Source: an uncultured Nitrososphaerales archaeon (lineage in GTDB: Archaea; Thermoproteota; Nitrososphaeria; Nitrososphaerales; Nitrososphaeraceae). From it: 64,000 bases of DNA. Position 1 is the first letter of the stretch, and each line of letters opens with the position of its first letter. The stretch spans positions 1-64,000 of the forward strand of contig CAVPXM010000060.1 of NCBI GenBank assembly GCA_963709405.1, read 5' to 3'. Below are positions 1-11,074 of the stretch, piece by piece. The notes beneath the pieces were generated by a model, which was given only the letters and a program-made list of their open reading frames with translations, made no database searches and was not told the origin of the DNA. The translations under genes were made by a program, and so were the position numbers.

Positions 1-127
1 ACATTATTCTGACCACTCGATGAGAAAATACATTGAAAAATATCGGAGGATGAAGACTCTTACCAATAAACAAATCAGCCTGCTAATTTACTCTATAATT
101 CAAAAACAAAAATCAAAAATAAGTAAT

Positions 128-406
128 CTAATGCGCCGTAATAACTAGCATAGATGAATACCAATCAGCTGTTAATTTATGTGCCATCGCACTCATTAGG
201 TCACCTGATTTTATATTTGAGTCTGCCAGTTCCTGTTCTTCTTTGATTTTCTGAATAAAATATTCGTGTTGACGTATTTGTTTTTGCTTAAATATCTCAT
301 CCATTGTTTTTTGAAATTTGCTTAAGTCACCAGAAATTTTTTCATTGAGTTTTCGGGTTAATTCATCTTGTTGTACTTGTATTTCACGCATCTCATCATT
401 AATCAT
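128..406 (-). CDS. hypothetical helical/coiled-coil protein
   Basis: 92-aa ATG ORF, E/K/Q-rich; TTTAAA TATA-like element ~25 bp upstream. Confidence 0.55.
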   Translation of the reverse strand: MINDEMREIQVQQDELTRKLNEKISGDLSKFQKTMDEIFKQKQIRQHEYFIQKIKEEQELADSNIKSGDLMSAMAHKLTADWYSSMLVITAH

Positions 407-676
407 TAGTAGATCTTCAAAATATCATACTTTTAAACATTTTTTCTAGAATGGCCCTCATTTCTAGCATATCTGAGTTCCAACGACTGTAAGATTAGTA
501 GTTTTAATATGTTTGTTTTAACCCTGCAGATACAAGAACAACATTGGCAGGTGCATAAGCCATCATAGCCATCATATTCTCTCAATGACTGCATTTTAGG
601 TTAAATCAAAAATTGTATATTATAAACATCTAAACAAAGAAAATTGACACAAAAAAAATTATTGTTTGTGGAGGAA

Positions 677-1144
677 CTATTGGTGTTGAACTGGGCGGAA
701 TGAATTCCAAGCCTTTGCGGCGCTCGTGTTATATTCTGTCACAGACTCAATTGTTCGATTAAGGGTTCTGAAGTTTTCTGCTGTTGCATTTATCGCGTTG
801 ACTGTCAATTGGTTGTTGATCCTAACTGCTTTGACTATGTTCTCGGTTATCTCGTTTGATTGCTTTACAAATTCATCAGTGTATGGTGGTGTTACTACTG
901 GAACGTTCCCGTTACTTGCAAACAACTTTTGAGCTGAAACCATACTTTGGATAGTATCCTTTGCTGCGGCAATGCAATTAAGCTGTAGATTAGAGACCGA
1001 TTGTGCATATTGTGGTTGAGCTTTTGCAAACTCGTCTACTATTCTAATGCAGTTTTGTCTTACTGTGTCATAAAAGTTAGCCGCTTCAGCTGACCTAGTT
1101 GAAGTGGTGGTTATGTCGTCTTTAGATTTAATATTATCTACCAT
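677..1144 (-). CDS. hypothetical amphipathic helical protein (phasin-like?)
   Basis: ORF 677..1243; more plausible in-frame ATG at 1144 (MVDNIK); A/Q/N/T-rich helices ending KAWNSF. Confidence 0.6.
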   Translation of the reverse strand: MVDNIKSKDDITTTSTRSAEAANFYDTVRQNCIRIVDEFAKAQPQYAQSVSNLQLNCIAAAKDTIQSMVSAQKLFASNGNVPVVTPPYTDEFVKQSNEITENIVKAVRINNQLTVNAINATAENFRTLNRTIESVTEYNTSAAKAWNSFRPVQHQ

Positions 1145-1709
1145 TTTTATCTCATCTATAATATTATTAGCGTCCACCTCATATATACGTTGGTATTTAA
1201 TGGGTCTACATTCCATATAAAACCATATAATGTCGCAATTCACTTATCGTAATGTAAAAGGATTAGCACTGAAGTAATACAACTTCATTCCCAGTAAATC
1301 TACTTCTGTTGAATCATCAAATACCTACAATCTGCCAGTACGCCATTCAGATTATTATTTTCAGAAGCATTGTCTACTAACTAACTTTCTTTAGCAATCA
1401 ATTTTCTGATTCATTATGATGATCGAATTCTGCTTTCACAAGGTCCTCAAAGGGATCTTTTCACAAGTCTGCTTTAATAAAATCAATATTCTCAGGCATT
1501 GCGATACGATAGTTTCTTCTCGTCTAATTTGCAGATGCAATTGGCGTCCTCCAGTGCATCGCATTAAGTGACCGCCCTTTGTGCAGTCTTTAAATAATTT
1601 TACATTGATTTTGTCCTGAAACTCGAGAGTTATTAAGATGTGATACAAGCTAATGGGTTCAGAAATTGGGATCTGTATTCATATAAAGAATGACGCAACA
1701 ATATTAGTT

Positions 1710-1829
1710 ATGGCTGATCATGTTTGTGAGTGTACTCATTGTGATTGTAAAGTAAAATTTGATTGCAATGAGAGTGGTTGCTTATGCTGTAGTACGACGA
1801 TTTGTTATTTGGACTGGTCCAAGGATTAA
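1710..1829 (+). CDS. 39-aa Cys-rich metallothionein-like microprotein
   Basis: Manual translation MADHVCECTHCDCKVKFDCNESGCLCCSTTICYLDWSKD (9 Cys); TATAAA at ~1682-1687; below the ORF-track cutoff. Confidence 0.6.
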   Translation: MADHVCECTHCDCKVKFDCNESGCLCCSTTICYLDWSKD

Positions 1830-1974
1830 GTAGAAGAAGAGAACCATTATTTTAAGCGTAGCAGAATGCAACTATTTAACTATTGATTGAGTTTTATAAC
1901 GACTGTATTATCTGCCTGCCAGAAGACGGTATAGTCACATTAGACTAGCATTAAACGCTTGGAATATGTGGCAT

Positions 1975-2480
1975 TAATAATGCTACAGTTTTTGCTACTC
2001 CTCATGGTAGGGGATCTGATAATGTAACTGTAATAGATTCAACTGCCAAATACTGTGATTTTGCTATAAACGGCTAATGTGTTGTTTTTGCATTGAAATG
2101 GATACAAGAAATATTCAAGCCAAACTAATTGCAGAATGTTTGATGATAAAGGAGAATTGACATATACCAATAGATATGTAATCAGAGAGAGTCATATGGG
2201 ACTCAGGATACAGATTATTTACATAATGATTCTAAAATATTTCGTAAATTTATAAAAGAGATCAATAGCGAGATTCCTTATAATAAAGACGCAACGACAA
2301 TAAATGCATTAGTCATATTATCTTACCATAAAATAAATAACGAGAAAACGCATCCAAGTACTGAACATAGCTTTGTTCAGTAAAGAGATGAGATATTTAT
2401 TCGACAATGGCTTTAAAGTAGTATCCGTGTCTGACTTGGCATATGATAAAAACAGCAATTACTTCTACTTAAAGAACTAA
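1975..2480 (+). pseudogene. degraded polysaccharide deacetylase-like gene (C-terminal part)
   Basis: Fragments FATPHGRGSDNVTVID..., ILSYHKI, EMRYLFDNGFKVVSVSDLAYD...YLKN* interrupted by stops and frameshifts. Confidence 0.55.
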
Positions 2481-2539
2481 GAATTAAGAGACTCTAGAAG
2501 CCATCTTTTGCATAACCGTTAGAGCTTTGTAGGAGCTCT

Positions 2540-3281
2540 TTAACGCACACTCCACCCGCCATCCACAACTATTGAAGCGCCGGTTACATAATCCGACTCA
2601 TCGCTAGCCAGATAGAGCGCAGCATTGGCGATATCGATTGGATCACCCATCCGACCAACAGGAATAGACACCAGGGTTTGTTTTAATATCGTCTCATTCT
2701 CTTCAATCACCCTGGTCATACCCGTCTTGATAGCACCTGGACATATGCAATTCACGTTTATTTTCTTTGGCGCAAATTCTAAGGCCAAAGATCTAGTCAT
2801 CGCAATAATTCCGCCCTTTGATGAGCAGTAGGCAGAGAGGTTCTCATAGCCAATAATACCAGCGATGGACGCTATGTTTACAATTTTGCCTTTATCATGT
2901 TTCTCAAAAATCGGCAAGACCTCACGTGTTAGTAGGAAGGGTCCTTTGAGATTGGTATTAATCACTGAATTCCATTCTTCGTCGCTTGTTCCAGAAATTG
3001 GTTTTTGGCATAGTATGCCTGCATTATTGACCAAAATATCAATTGTGCCAAAAGCTTCAAGTGTTTTCGCAACCAAATTCTTGACTGACTCTGTGTTGGA
3101 AATATCACACTCAACGAACAGAGCTTTCTTACCAGTAGCATCAGCTGCGGCTTTGCCGGATTTATTGATATCACTAAAAATGACCTTGGCACCCTCTTTG
3201 ATAAAAAGCTGAGCAATCCCCAAACCAATGCCAGAAGCGAGCACCTGTCACGATTGCAACCTTAGTATCTAGTCTTGACAT
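2540..3281 (-). CDS. short-chain dehydrogenase/reductase (FabG-like), N-terminal frameshift
   Basis: MSRLDTKVAIVTGA from 3281 joins ASGIG (TGxxxGxG) across an indel at ~3240; NNAG, YxxxK (YCSSK), VDGG motifs. Confidence 0.9.
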
Positions 3282-4079
3282 AAGACATTCAATTGCTATC
3301 TGAGACTTTTATTGTCTTCGATAAAGATAACACTGACAGTAATTTGGCCATTGTCGATCCTACGGTGAGTTTTAAGCATCCATCTTAGATCAATTTATCG
3401 TATTATTTGTTTCTTGTGTCCACATAACTATTTAACAGATCATGAATTCCATCTATTGAAAAAAGCATAGAACACTGCTACAAATATAGAGAGTGAAAGA
3501 GAAAATAAAATGTCTATATTCGCTATACGTAGCGGAGTTTGCCAGTATTTTTGTCGATGACATTGATTATTAAAAGATAGCATTAACAATTAAAAGGATT
3601 ACGAAGCTCTACAATACGTTGAGTAATTTAGACAGAGAACTATATCGGATTTCTGACAAATCCCGCATAATTCTATCTGAAAAAGTATCTTCTATTACGA
3701 TATGGAGCATATCAGATTATAAATATTTTCGAAAATAAGACATCGGATGTATAGGATGACGACTCGGTATTCTTAGACAGTGATGATAAAGGTTCATGTA
3801 CATGTCTATCATGGGGGCGCGCCAAACAATGTGTTGTTCCTATAGATAAGAAATCTTCAGGGATTTGATGAATTTTAGCTCGTAATCGTGAGGCCGCTTA
3901 AGCAGGATCACCCCCACTTCTCAAACCAACTTGTAAACTTGTAGATCTCTTACTGTTCCAACTCTTGGATACTATAAGTAGTCGCGCTCAACTCTGGCGC
4001 GAAGTTGAACTTCGGAATCCAACTAGCTTTTTTTCAAGTGAAGAACAAGGTTCAGGGATCAATATACGAATTTGGTAAC

Positions 4080-4306
4080 TATTCCCAGCAAAATTCAACC
4101 TTGAATATCGGATTGTAAGTGCGGCCGCCCACTTCAGATGTTAATCGCGATTGACTAACAGTTATGTTGTATATTCCGTGTCCGCTAGGAGTTATTAAAA
4201 ACGGGCGGGTGGTTGTCTCGATCATGTTGGTAATTTTCCCACTGCTATTTTTTAGATATATTATGAGCTCCACAAGATTAGTACTTGTAGACACTTTATT
4301 ATTCAC
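4080..4306. repeat. direct repeat copy 1 (fragment of a decayed gene)
   Basis: 4127-4306 nearly identical to 7299-7478; 4080-4118 similar to 7133-7170. Confidence 0.9.
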
Positions 4307-4600
4307 TCTAGTTTAGAGTTTAAAATTAAAATATTCAAATTTTGATAAGACACTAGCCTTGTCATCTCTCAAGCCCTGCGATCTGACTGTTAGTGTAACA
4401 AGTTATTTAGATAATCGTGCTTATCGCATTGTCTTTTACACTGTTAGGTTGCCTTAATATTAATTTAGATCTTCCAATTCTTCTGCCTAAGCGATGTTTC
4501 GACGTGATAGTATAACTGTATCTTTAATGATACTATCATTCACATACCAAAATCATTTTTCCGTTCAAAAATTTAATTATAGAATAGAGGTTTCCTAACA

Positions 4601-4762
4601 CTATCTAATAGGTACATATTCAGAGCCTAATCCAAAAGCGTTCTGTTGTACATGATCATAAGAACTCGTAAATTCATCACTATCTAATTGCGCCAGTGTT
4701 TGTTTAATAATGCTAGAGGCAGTAGATATTGATCTGACAGGCTCTGCTTTAGTACTTGTCAT
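4601..4762 (-). CDS. possible 53-aa small protein
   Basis: Manual ORF MTSTKAEPVRSISTASSIIKQTLAQLDSDEFTSSYDHVQQNAFGLGSEYVPIR; no recognisable motif. Confidence 0.25.
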   Translation of the reverse strand: MTSTKAEPVRSISTASSIIKQTLAQLDSDEFTSSYDHVQQNAFGLGSEYVPIR

Positions 4763-5197
4763 GTCGTTCCCCAGTGGATGAGGTCAGTCGCATCTTAGTC
4801 TCAAATAGTTGCTAGTCCAAATAATATTGAGTCTGTATACCTTTAATGCAATAAGGTAGTGCCAAAGCCCCAACAATTCCAATTTTCAGGTTATAATCGC
4901 TAAAGCTAGAATTTGCCATACACGAGAGTATTCAGCGACTTTAGTGACAATACCAAGAAACATCTTATTGAAGGGTCCAATCAGGTCAAGAATCAGAATT
5001 GTGAACTCAATTCTAGGTTATGTTTTCGTCAAGCAAATAATTGCACTTGATATGATTAGACAAAGTGAGCTTACTAGAAATTAATATTTGCCTGATCAAT
5101 CATGCTTTGGGATTTCTTGCTTAGTCGGAGCTTGCTGTTGTTCAGAAAAAAATGTATACCACATTGGCAAAGCACTAAAAAATATGCCCGTAGGCCT

Positions 5198-6449
5198 TCA
5201 TGTGGGAGGGGTTAATGGTGGCCTAATGCTGGTAGCAGGTGCAACAGGATTGGTGTGTACAACTTCGACTGCCTGGTGTGACTTGACAGAAAGCAAGCCC
5301 TCCCAGCCGCGACCTGACTGTGATTCGAAGTGTGAGTGTATCATGTAAAGTCCTGGTTTATCATATTGCCATTCTAGTATTGCACGATCTCCCTGAGCCA
5401 TAGATATGATATCATGTGTCATTAATGGTGTCGTTGTATCTCCAGATCTTGCATGTTTCTGGATTCTCTGTACCTGCAGGGTATACTTTGAACACCTGAC
5501 CGTGCAAATGGAACGTGTTGCTAAAATCAAAATCAAGCATATTTGTAAGATACAGTCTGTATGGTTCATTCAATGCTATTGGTATTGGATGTACATCATA
5601 ATAGAAAGCTATTCCATTGGCTGAATATACTTGATTATCCCTCTCTTGTGGTAATGATTCAGATGCATTTTCTGCTCTTGTATCATTTCCTGACATCATA
5701 ACATTAGCTTCTTGTGCAGTTGGTAATCTTGGTAATTCAGTCTCAGGACTTATTGTTAGATCATATCCATTGAGAATCATATTCATTTCATGCATAGCTG
5801 GTCTTGGTTTTACAGGATCAATAATCATATGACCGTACAATCCTTTCACAATGTGAAGAGATATTGGCATTTGATGACAGTGGAATGGCCATAATCCTGT
5901 AGGAGCTGCAACGAAATTATAAGTAAAGCTGTGTCCTGGAGTTATCGAACCGCTCTGATTATTGAACATCGTACCATCCACACTTCCAGCGTGAATGCTA
6001 TGCATATGAAATGAATGAGGAAGTTTGTTTTGTTTTAGATTGACTACCTTGATTGATATATGATCTCCTTCTGTCATTCTTATTGTTGGAGCTGGAATAC
6101 TCGAATTAAAAGTCCATGCCGTATACATTATCGGAGGAGTCTTTGTATCTAGATTTCCCATCGTAACAGGCACTTTATGATCTTCGTGTATAATCATTGT
6201 AAATTGTCTGAGTGTTGTTCCATTTTCTAATTGGCTGACATGTCCACAAGAAAAGTATGTCAGATAAGTCATTGGATTTAACGGATGGTTATCGGTGTCC
6301 TGATTTGTTGCACAGTTCTTCGTTATGTCATACTTTTTGACAATATTGGTTGAATGTTTACTACTATTTCCCTTGCTGAATACCAGATTTGGTACTAACA
6401 CGATTGAGGAAACTAGTAAAATTGCCACTAGAAGTATCTTGCTATTCAT
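5198..6449 (-). CDS. secreted two-domain multicopper oxidase, split by frameshift near 5440-5470
   Basis: Signal peptide; HSFHMH, WPFHCH..SLH, TFHLHG in ORF 5412..6449; THDIISMAQGDR..PGLYMIHSH in ORF 5198..5569. Confidence 0.9.
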
Positions 6450-6850
6450 TCGTTTCTTTCACTCGGTACAGATATCATAGATGGGTCTGATGTAACCGGA
6501 CTAGTCGCCACTATTGGTCGTACTGGTATCTGATTGGTCTCATTGGCCGAACTATCAGTATTGTCATTCGCTTGCAAATTTCCATTATTAGAGCCGTCTG
6601 TATTAGAGTCAGTAATTTTAGCATTATCATTATTTTTCGCATTATCGTGATTGGAAGACTTTGTGTATAGATTAAAAGAATTTGGACTATTGTAGGATAT
6701 TGTAGACCGTACTAAGAGAGCTACCGTAGCTATCAAAAAGTAACTTCCAATAACAGGTCTCCTAGTGTTCAAATAAAACATACTTGAAAAAAAAGATATG
6801 AACACAACCAGGGCCCTGAACTTAGATTCTAGATTATTTGAGATAGGCAT
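6446..6850 (-). CDS. hypothetical membrane/exported protein with N/D-rich tail
   Basis: Hydrophobic N-terminus, low-complexity tail; stop overlaps the MCO start (ATGA), so probably co-transcribed. Confidence 0.5.
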   Translation of the reverse strand: MPISNNLESKFRALVVFISFFSSMFYLNTRRPVIGSYFLIATVALLVRSTISYNSPNSFNLYTKSSNHDNAKNNDNAKITDSNTDGSNNGNLQANDNTDSSANETNQIPVRPIVATSPVTSDPSMISVPSERNE

Positions 6851-6874
6851 TGAAACTTAGGCTTTAAAGTTTTT

Positions 6875-6902
6875 TCTCACTATATAAACTACACCTGTGA
6901 GA
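6875..6902 (-). promoter_or_regulatory. TATA box bracketed by inverted repeat TCTCAC-N16-GTGAGA
   Basis: TTTATATA (minus strand) at 6881-6888, ~30 bp upstream of ATG 6850, with 6-bp inverted arms on either side. Confidence 0.4.
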
Positions 6903-7132
6903 CATCGTCATACGTTGTTAGACAATCTTAGTTGTTAAATTCAAATTATTAATTATCTTAGCTATACATACGACGTCTTAGAATCTCTTATTACATATTT
7001 TTAGTACTTATCATGAGATAGTTTTTTCCCTTAAAAGGATACAGGATTTGCGGGTGGAGGATTCTTTGGCATAAATTATCAGAACTTTCTTATGTATTTC
7101 TATTATAGTTTGATTCGATTTTGAACTTCCTG

Positions 7133-7478
7133 TATTTCCAGCAAAATTCAAACTTGAATTCGCATTGTAAAGGAGACTGACTATCTTTAGAACACTGGAC
7201 GTAGGCCAGGTTCAATTCAATACTTTACATATAGCAATTAATAAACCAGAAGTATTAGAATTGCAATTCATCTGGAAAATGCAAACGCCCCGGAGCTTGC
7301 CCATTCAGATGTTAATCGCGATTGACTAACAGTTATGTTGTATATTCCGTGTCCACTAGGAGTTATTAAAAACGGGCGGGTGGTTGTCTCGATCATGTTG
7401 GTAATTTTCCCATTGCCATTTTTTAGATATATTATGAGCTCCACAAGGTTAGTACCTAGTAGAGCCTTCATTATTCAC
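7133..7478. repeat. direct repeat copy 2 (contains ~120-130 bp absent from copy 1)
   Basis: Matches 4080-4306; encodes the same peptide TNLVELIIYLKN..MIETTTRPFLITPSGHGIYNITVSQSRLTSE. Confidence 0.9.
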
Positions 7479-8838
7479 CGTGCCTGAACAATTCAAGATT
7501 TCCATCTCTTTAACGCACTTATGATCTACAACTCTTAGGAAAGATTCGTTATCAGCAGCAGCAGGAGCAGCACAACGGCCAGGTCAATAACATGTCCCTG
7601 AGGCAGGGAGTCAATACAAAAGATCACTCCAATTACTAGTAATAGTATTATCATGGTCTTGAGCATGATTAGGCATACATCTCAGATAACTGAATTTATG
7701 CGATCCTTAATAAGCTAACGACCCCTTTTTGGTTGAATCGATTTTTTGTTAGCGATGTGAATCCTCAGCAGCTGTTTGAATAAACGCCTTTTAGATTCCA
7801 GAACTGAAAAAGTTTCAAAACTGGATGACAATAATGGCAGCTTTCCCGGTTTCAAGTTCAGCACGAGCCTTTTTTTCGAGAAATAATGATAACGGTTCGA
7901 CTAATCTCTCTATCTAACAAATTTATTGGAACGACATGCATTAATAAATTTGTAAGCATGGTACTTTTTGTTACGTATTGATATGTGATCCAACTATTAA
8001 ATGTCGGCAATAGTCGAGGTGTGACGCGTTAAACTTAAGTATTGCAAGCTGTGTTGACGAAAATAGCTGCCAGCTTGGGGCATATTGAGACCTAGCAAGA
8101 GTTGGATTCTGAGTGTTTGCAGCAGGGCCTCGATACATAGCCCATTCATGTACATAACGAAGATTTCAAACAACTGTCTTATTCTTTAGCGTGAGATACA
8201 AGTGACTTGTCCTACTCATAAACAAAATTCTTCACTTTCATGTGTAACTCTTCGCTTAGTAAAATTGCTGACTTTTGTCGTTTGTTGCATAATCTGATGA
8301 TAGCTTGTATAAAAATATATTATCGATTATGATTGAAAGCTGTTGTCGCCCTGGTGACTTTGCAATAGATATATGTATAACTATATAGGTATATGACTAT
8401 ATATCAATAAATAAAGTGTTTGAAGGCATTATTTATAGGTAGATTCTATAACTCCTCTTACTAATTTGGCATTATTTGTACCTTGTTACCAAAATTAGGA
8501 TCCGCTCCTAGAAAGCGGATGGTCTGCGTTTGAGACAATTATATAGGAATTTTTTGATTGTATACCTCTCTTAAGTCCAAAATAATCTGGATCCGCATTG
8601 CAATAGTACGATTGAATCTTTAGTCTCGGGTCATATATTCCAAGAACTTTCAGATACTCAGATAGGTTACAATTTAGATTGCTCACACCGGATAAACTCT
8701 GCCGCTTGCTTCCTCCATACATATTGGGGCTTTATAGAAAGATATGCCATATGGTAATGCAATTACTCCATAGATGTTTCCATAATTTCGTTTTATGTTT
8801 TAACGAAATGTAACGCATAATTCATTATGTTATAAGTA

Positions 8839-9118
8839 TTACTTAATTGCCAGTTTAACATCAATATTATATTTCTCAAATGCTTGGTATGTCTTTAACC
8901 AAAGGTTTCCTGTAGATTCACAGACTGCTGTGGATTTAACACCACCATGCTTCCTCTTAATGGATGAAGCAAAGGATTCAGCTTGTTCCAACGTATTATT
9001 GTAATTAGTTTCTTCTGATTATAGAACCATTCGAATCCATTATACAAACTACACAATTCCGTTTTCCAATATCTACTCCTATATAGTTCAGCAATCCTTT
9101 CTTTTTCCTATTTGGTAT
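8839..9118 (-). mobile_element. IS110-family transposase/recombinase N-terminal remnant (DEDD domain), truncated
   Basis: Manual translation YIGVDIGKRNCVVCIMDSNGSII/EETNYNNTLEQ..AVCESTGNLWLKTYQAFEKYNIDVKLA matches the GxDxxK and E-x-T-G motifs; GGAGGTGA SD at 9128-9135. Confidence 0.85.
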
Positions 9119-9144
9119 CCTCTTTTCTCACCTCCTCTCTCTTT

Positions 9145-9340
9145 TTTCAGTATGGATAGCTGGATTAAGCTCCATACATCTATCAGAGCTCAAGGCTCAC
9201 TTTGACAGGCAGCTTGTAGGTACGCCCCATTCAACAGACTAGACCTATGTGGTCATGCATGATAAGGGGTCAGCTAACCATATTGTTATAGAAGGCGACT
9301 TTTACATGTCTTTCAACAGAGCAGACTTTCGCTAGAGCGG
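9145..9340 (-). ncRNA. candidate IS110 bridge RNA / structured left non-coding end
   Basis: ORF-free region directly upstream of the IS110 ORF with several stem-loops and a large internal loop. Confidence 0.45.
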
Positions 9341-9394
9341 CATATCTATAAGTATTCTTTAGAAGGTATTACAAGAAGTAGGTTATGTAGATAT

Positions 9395-9802
9395 ATGACG
9401 ATCAGCAATCAACTCAAAAAAAAGAAGGCAAACGAAGGTGTTATAATAATATCCACGTTTCCAAACCGCAGCATACTTTCTAGCGCTTCAACGAGGTTAA
9501 TTCTAGATAAGCACCTGTGTGCATGTATAAACGTCATTAAAGTCAACTCTCATTATCTTTGGAAAGGCAAATTAGAAAATCATGATGAATACCTTGCGCT
9601 ATTCAAGTCAACACGTAAAAATGTACCTGCTCTTAAAGATGAAATAAAAAAGATTCATCCGTATGAAGTTCCCGAAATTGTAGAATTGAAGACGAATAAA
9701 TTCTCTAAATCATATCTCTCTTGGTTAAATAGCACGACATCAAGGACAGCACAAGTGCCATCCAAGAAGATAATCTCAAAACAACCTTTAGTAAAAAAAT
9801 AA
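9395..9802 (+). CDS. cutA: divalent-cation tolerance protein CutA
   Basis: LCACIN, SHYLWKGKLE, HPYEVPEI motifs. Confidence 0.92.
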   Translation: MTISNQLKKKKANEGVIIISTFPNRSILSSASTRLILDKHLCACINVIKVNSHYLWKGKLENHDEYLALFKSTRKNVPALKDEIKKIHPYEVPEIVELKTNKFSKSYLSWLNSTTSRTAQVPSKKIISKQPLVKK

Positions 9803-9915
9803 AATTTAACTTCACCTTCGAACTTTATCAAAATCTGTTTAAATCTAATATGATGATCTGAATCATGCTGTTTCTTCTATTTAAGACACAGAAAATGCGG
9901 TAAAACAAAAACAAA

Positions 9916-11026
9916 CTAAGATAACTGATATCTTAACAGAGCTATTATTCCACCTAGCGAGGACACCCGTAGGCCCATGTCAGTTGACGTATCTACAGCA
10001 TATGTATTTGCACCGTATCCTTCGACTCTATTTAATAACTGTATTATCACATCTTCATCAGCGCTTGAATAGATGGAATCAGAATATGCGAGACTTTCGA
10101 TAGCTCCAACAGAGGCAGCGTGTGATACTTCTTTTATGCCCATAGCATATTTCGTTATACCCTTTTGCACCTGCCGCATTATTTCATCTATGATTTTTGA
10201 AACGGCAACAATTTTACTTGTACTCATAACATCCTTGGCTGAATCTGAGCGAAGAAACACTAAAATTCCATCTTCGCCAGCAACATCTACTCCATTTACA
10301 ATCGATAATCTTTCGCTCTCAAATGCTGGCTTGTCTGTAGGGAGGAAATTATAAAGTTTACGTTTCGTTTCTCCGGGACCAAATATAAGTATTTTTGCTT
10401 CAATCCCTCTGCTAATGTTATTATCACTATGCGCTACATCAAGAGACCTAATAGTTCTAGCAATATCATCTAGAAACGTCTCTTGGCTACCTTGTATAGA
10501 GTGTTGTTGATATCGCTTCCCGCTATAACCAGAGTATATATTCTGAACGATATTGAGATGCGTCCCAGAAAGCTTGGCAACTGTCTGCTTCACGATTATC
10601 AATGGCTACAAGTATAAAACTTGCTCCCATACTACCAAGAGATCTCTTAAAGATAGCAAGTTCTGACGCTTGCCACTCTCTTCCCTTATCAATGGTTATC
10701 GATTCACCTATCTGAATCGTAAGTGAATGATGTGCTCCTCTAGGAACTAGATCGTTATCAGTGTTTGTAATTACGCCGGATATCCGCAACCTATCAACAA
10801 GGCTGTCAAGGCTGACCTTTTCAACTTTGAGAGCGACTCTGATTTTGACCCTGTCACCTTTGTCAGGTCTTGAATATTCCTTTGCTTGTTTTATGACTCT
10901 ACTCGTATTAGCTATGACGTGATCATCTTTCTCGATAATCCTTCGTATTGTGAAGAGATCGTCGGCATCCTCGGGTAGTGCAAAATAAGCCTTTTCAGAA
11001 GATCCTTTGACATCCTTAATGATCAT
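9916..11026 (-). CDS. pelA: mRNA surveillance protein pelota (frameshift ~10590-10600)
   Basis: PEDADDLF, RLRISG, HHSL in the N-part; GPGETK, YAMG, SLGGIIALLRY in the C-part. Confidence 0.9.
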
Positions 11027-11074
11027 TTAAAAGCGCAATAAATTTGTCTATCGTCATATTCATATCTCTTTCCT

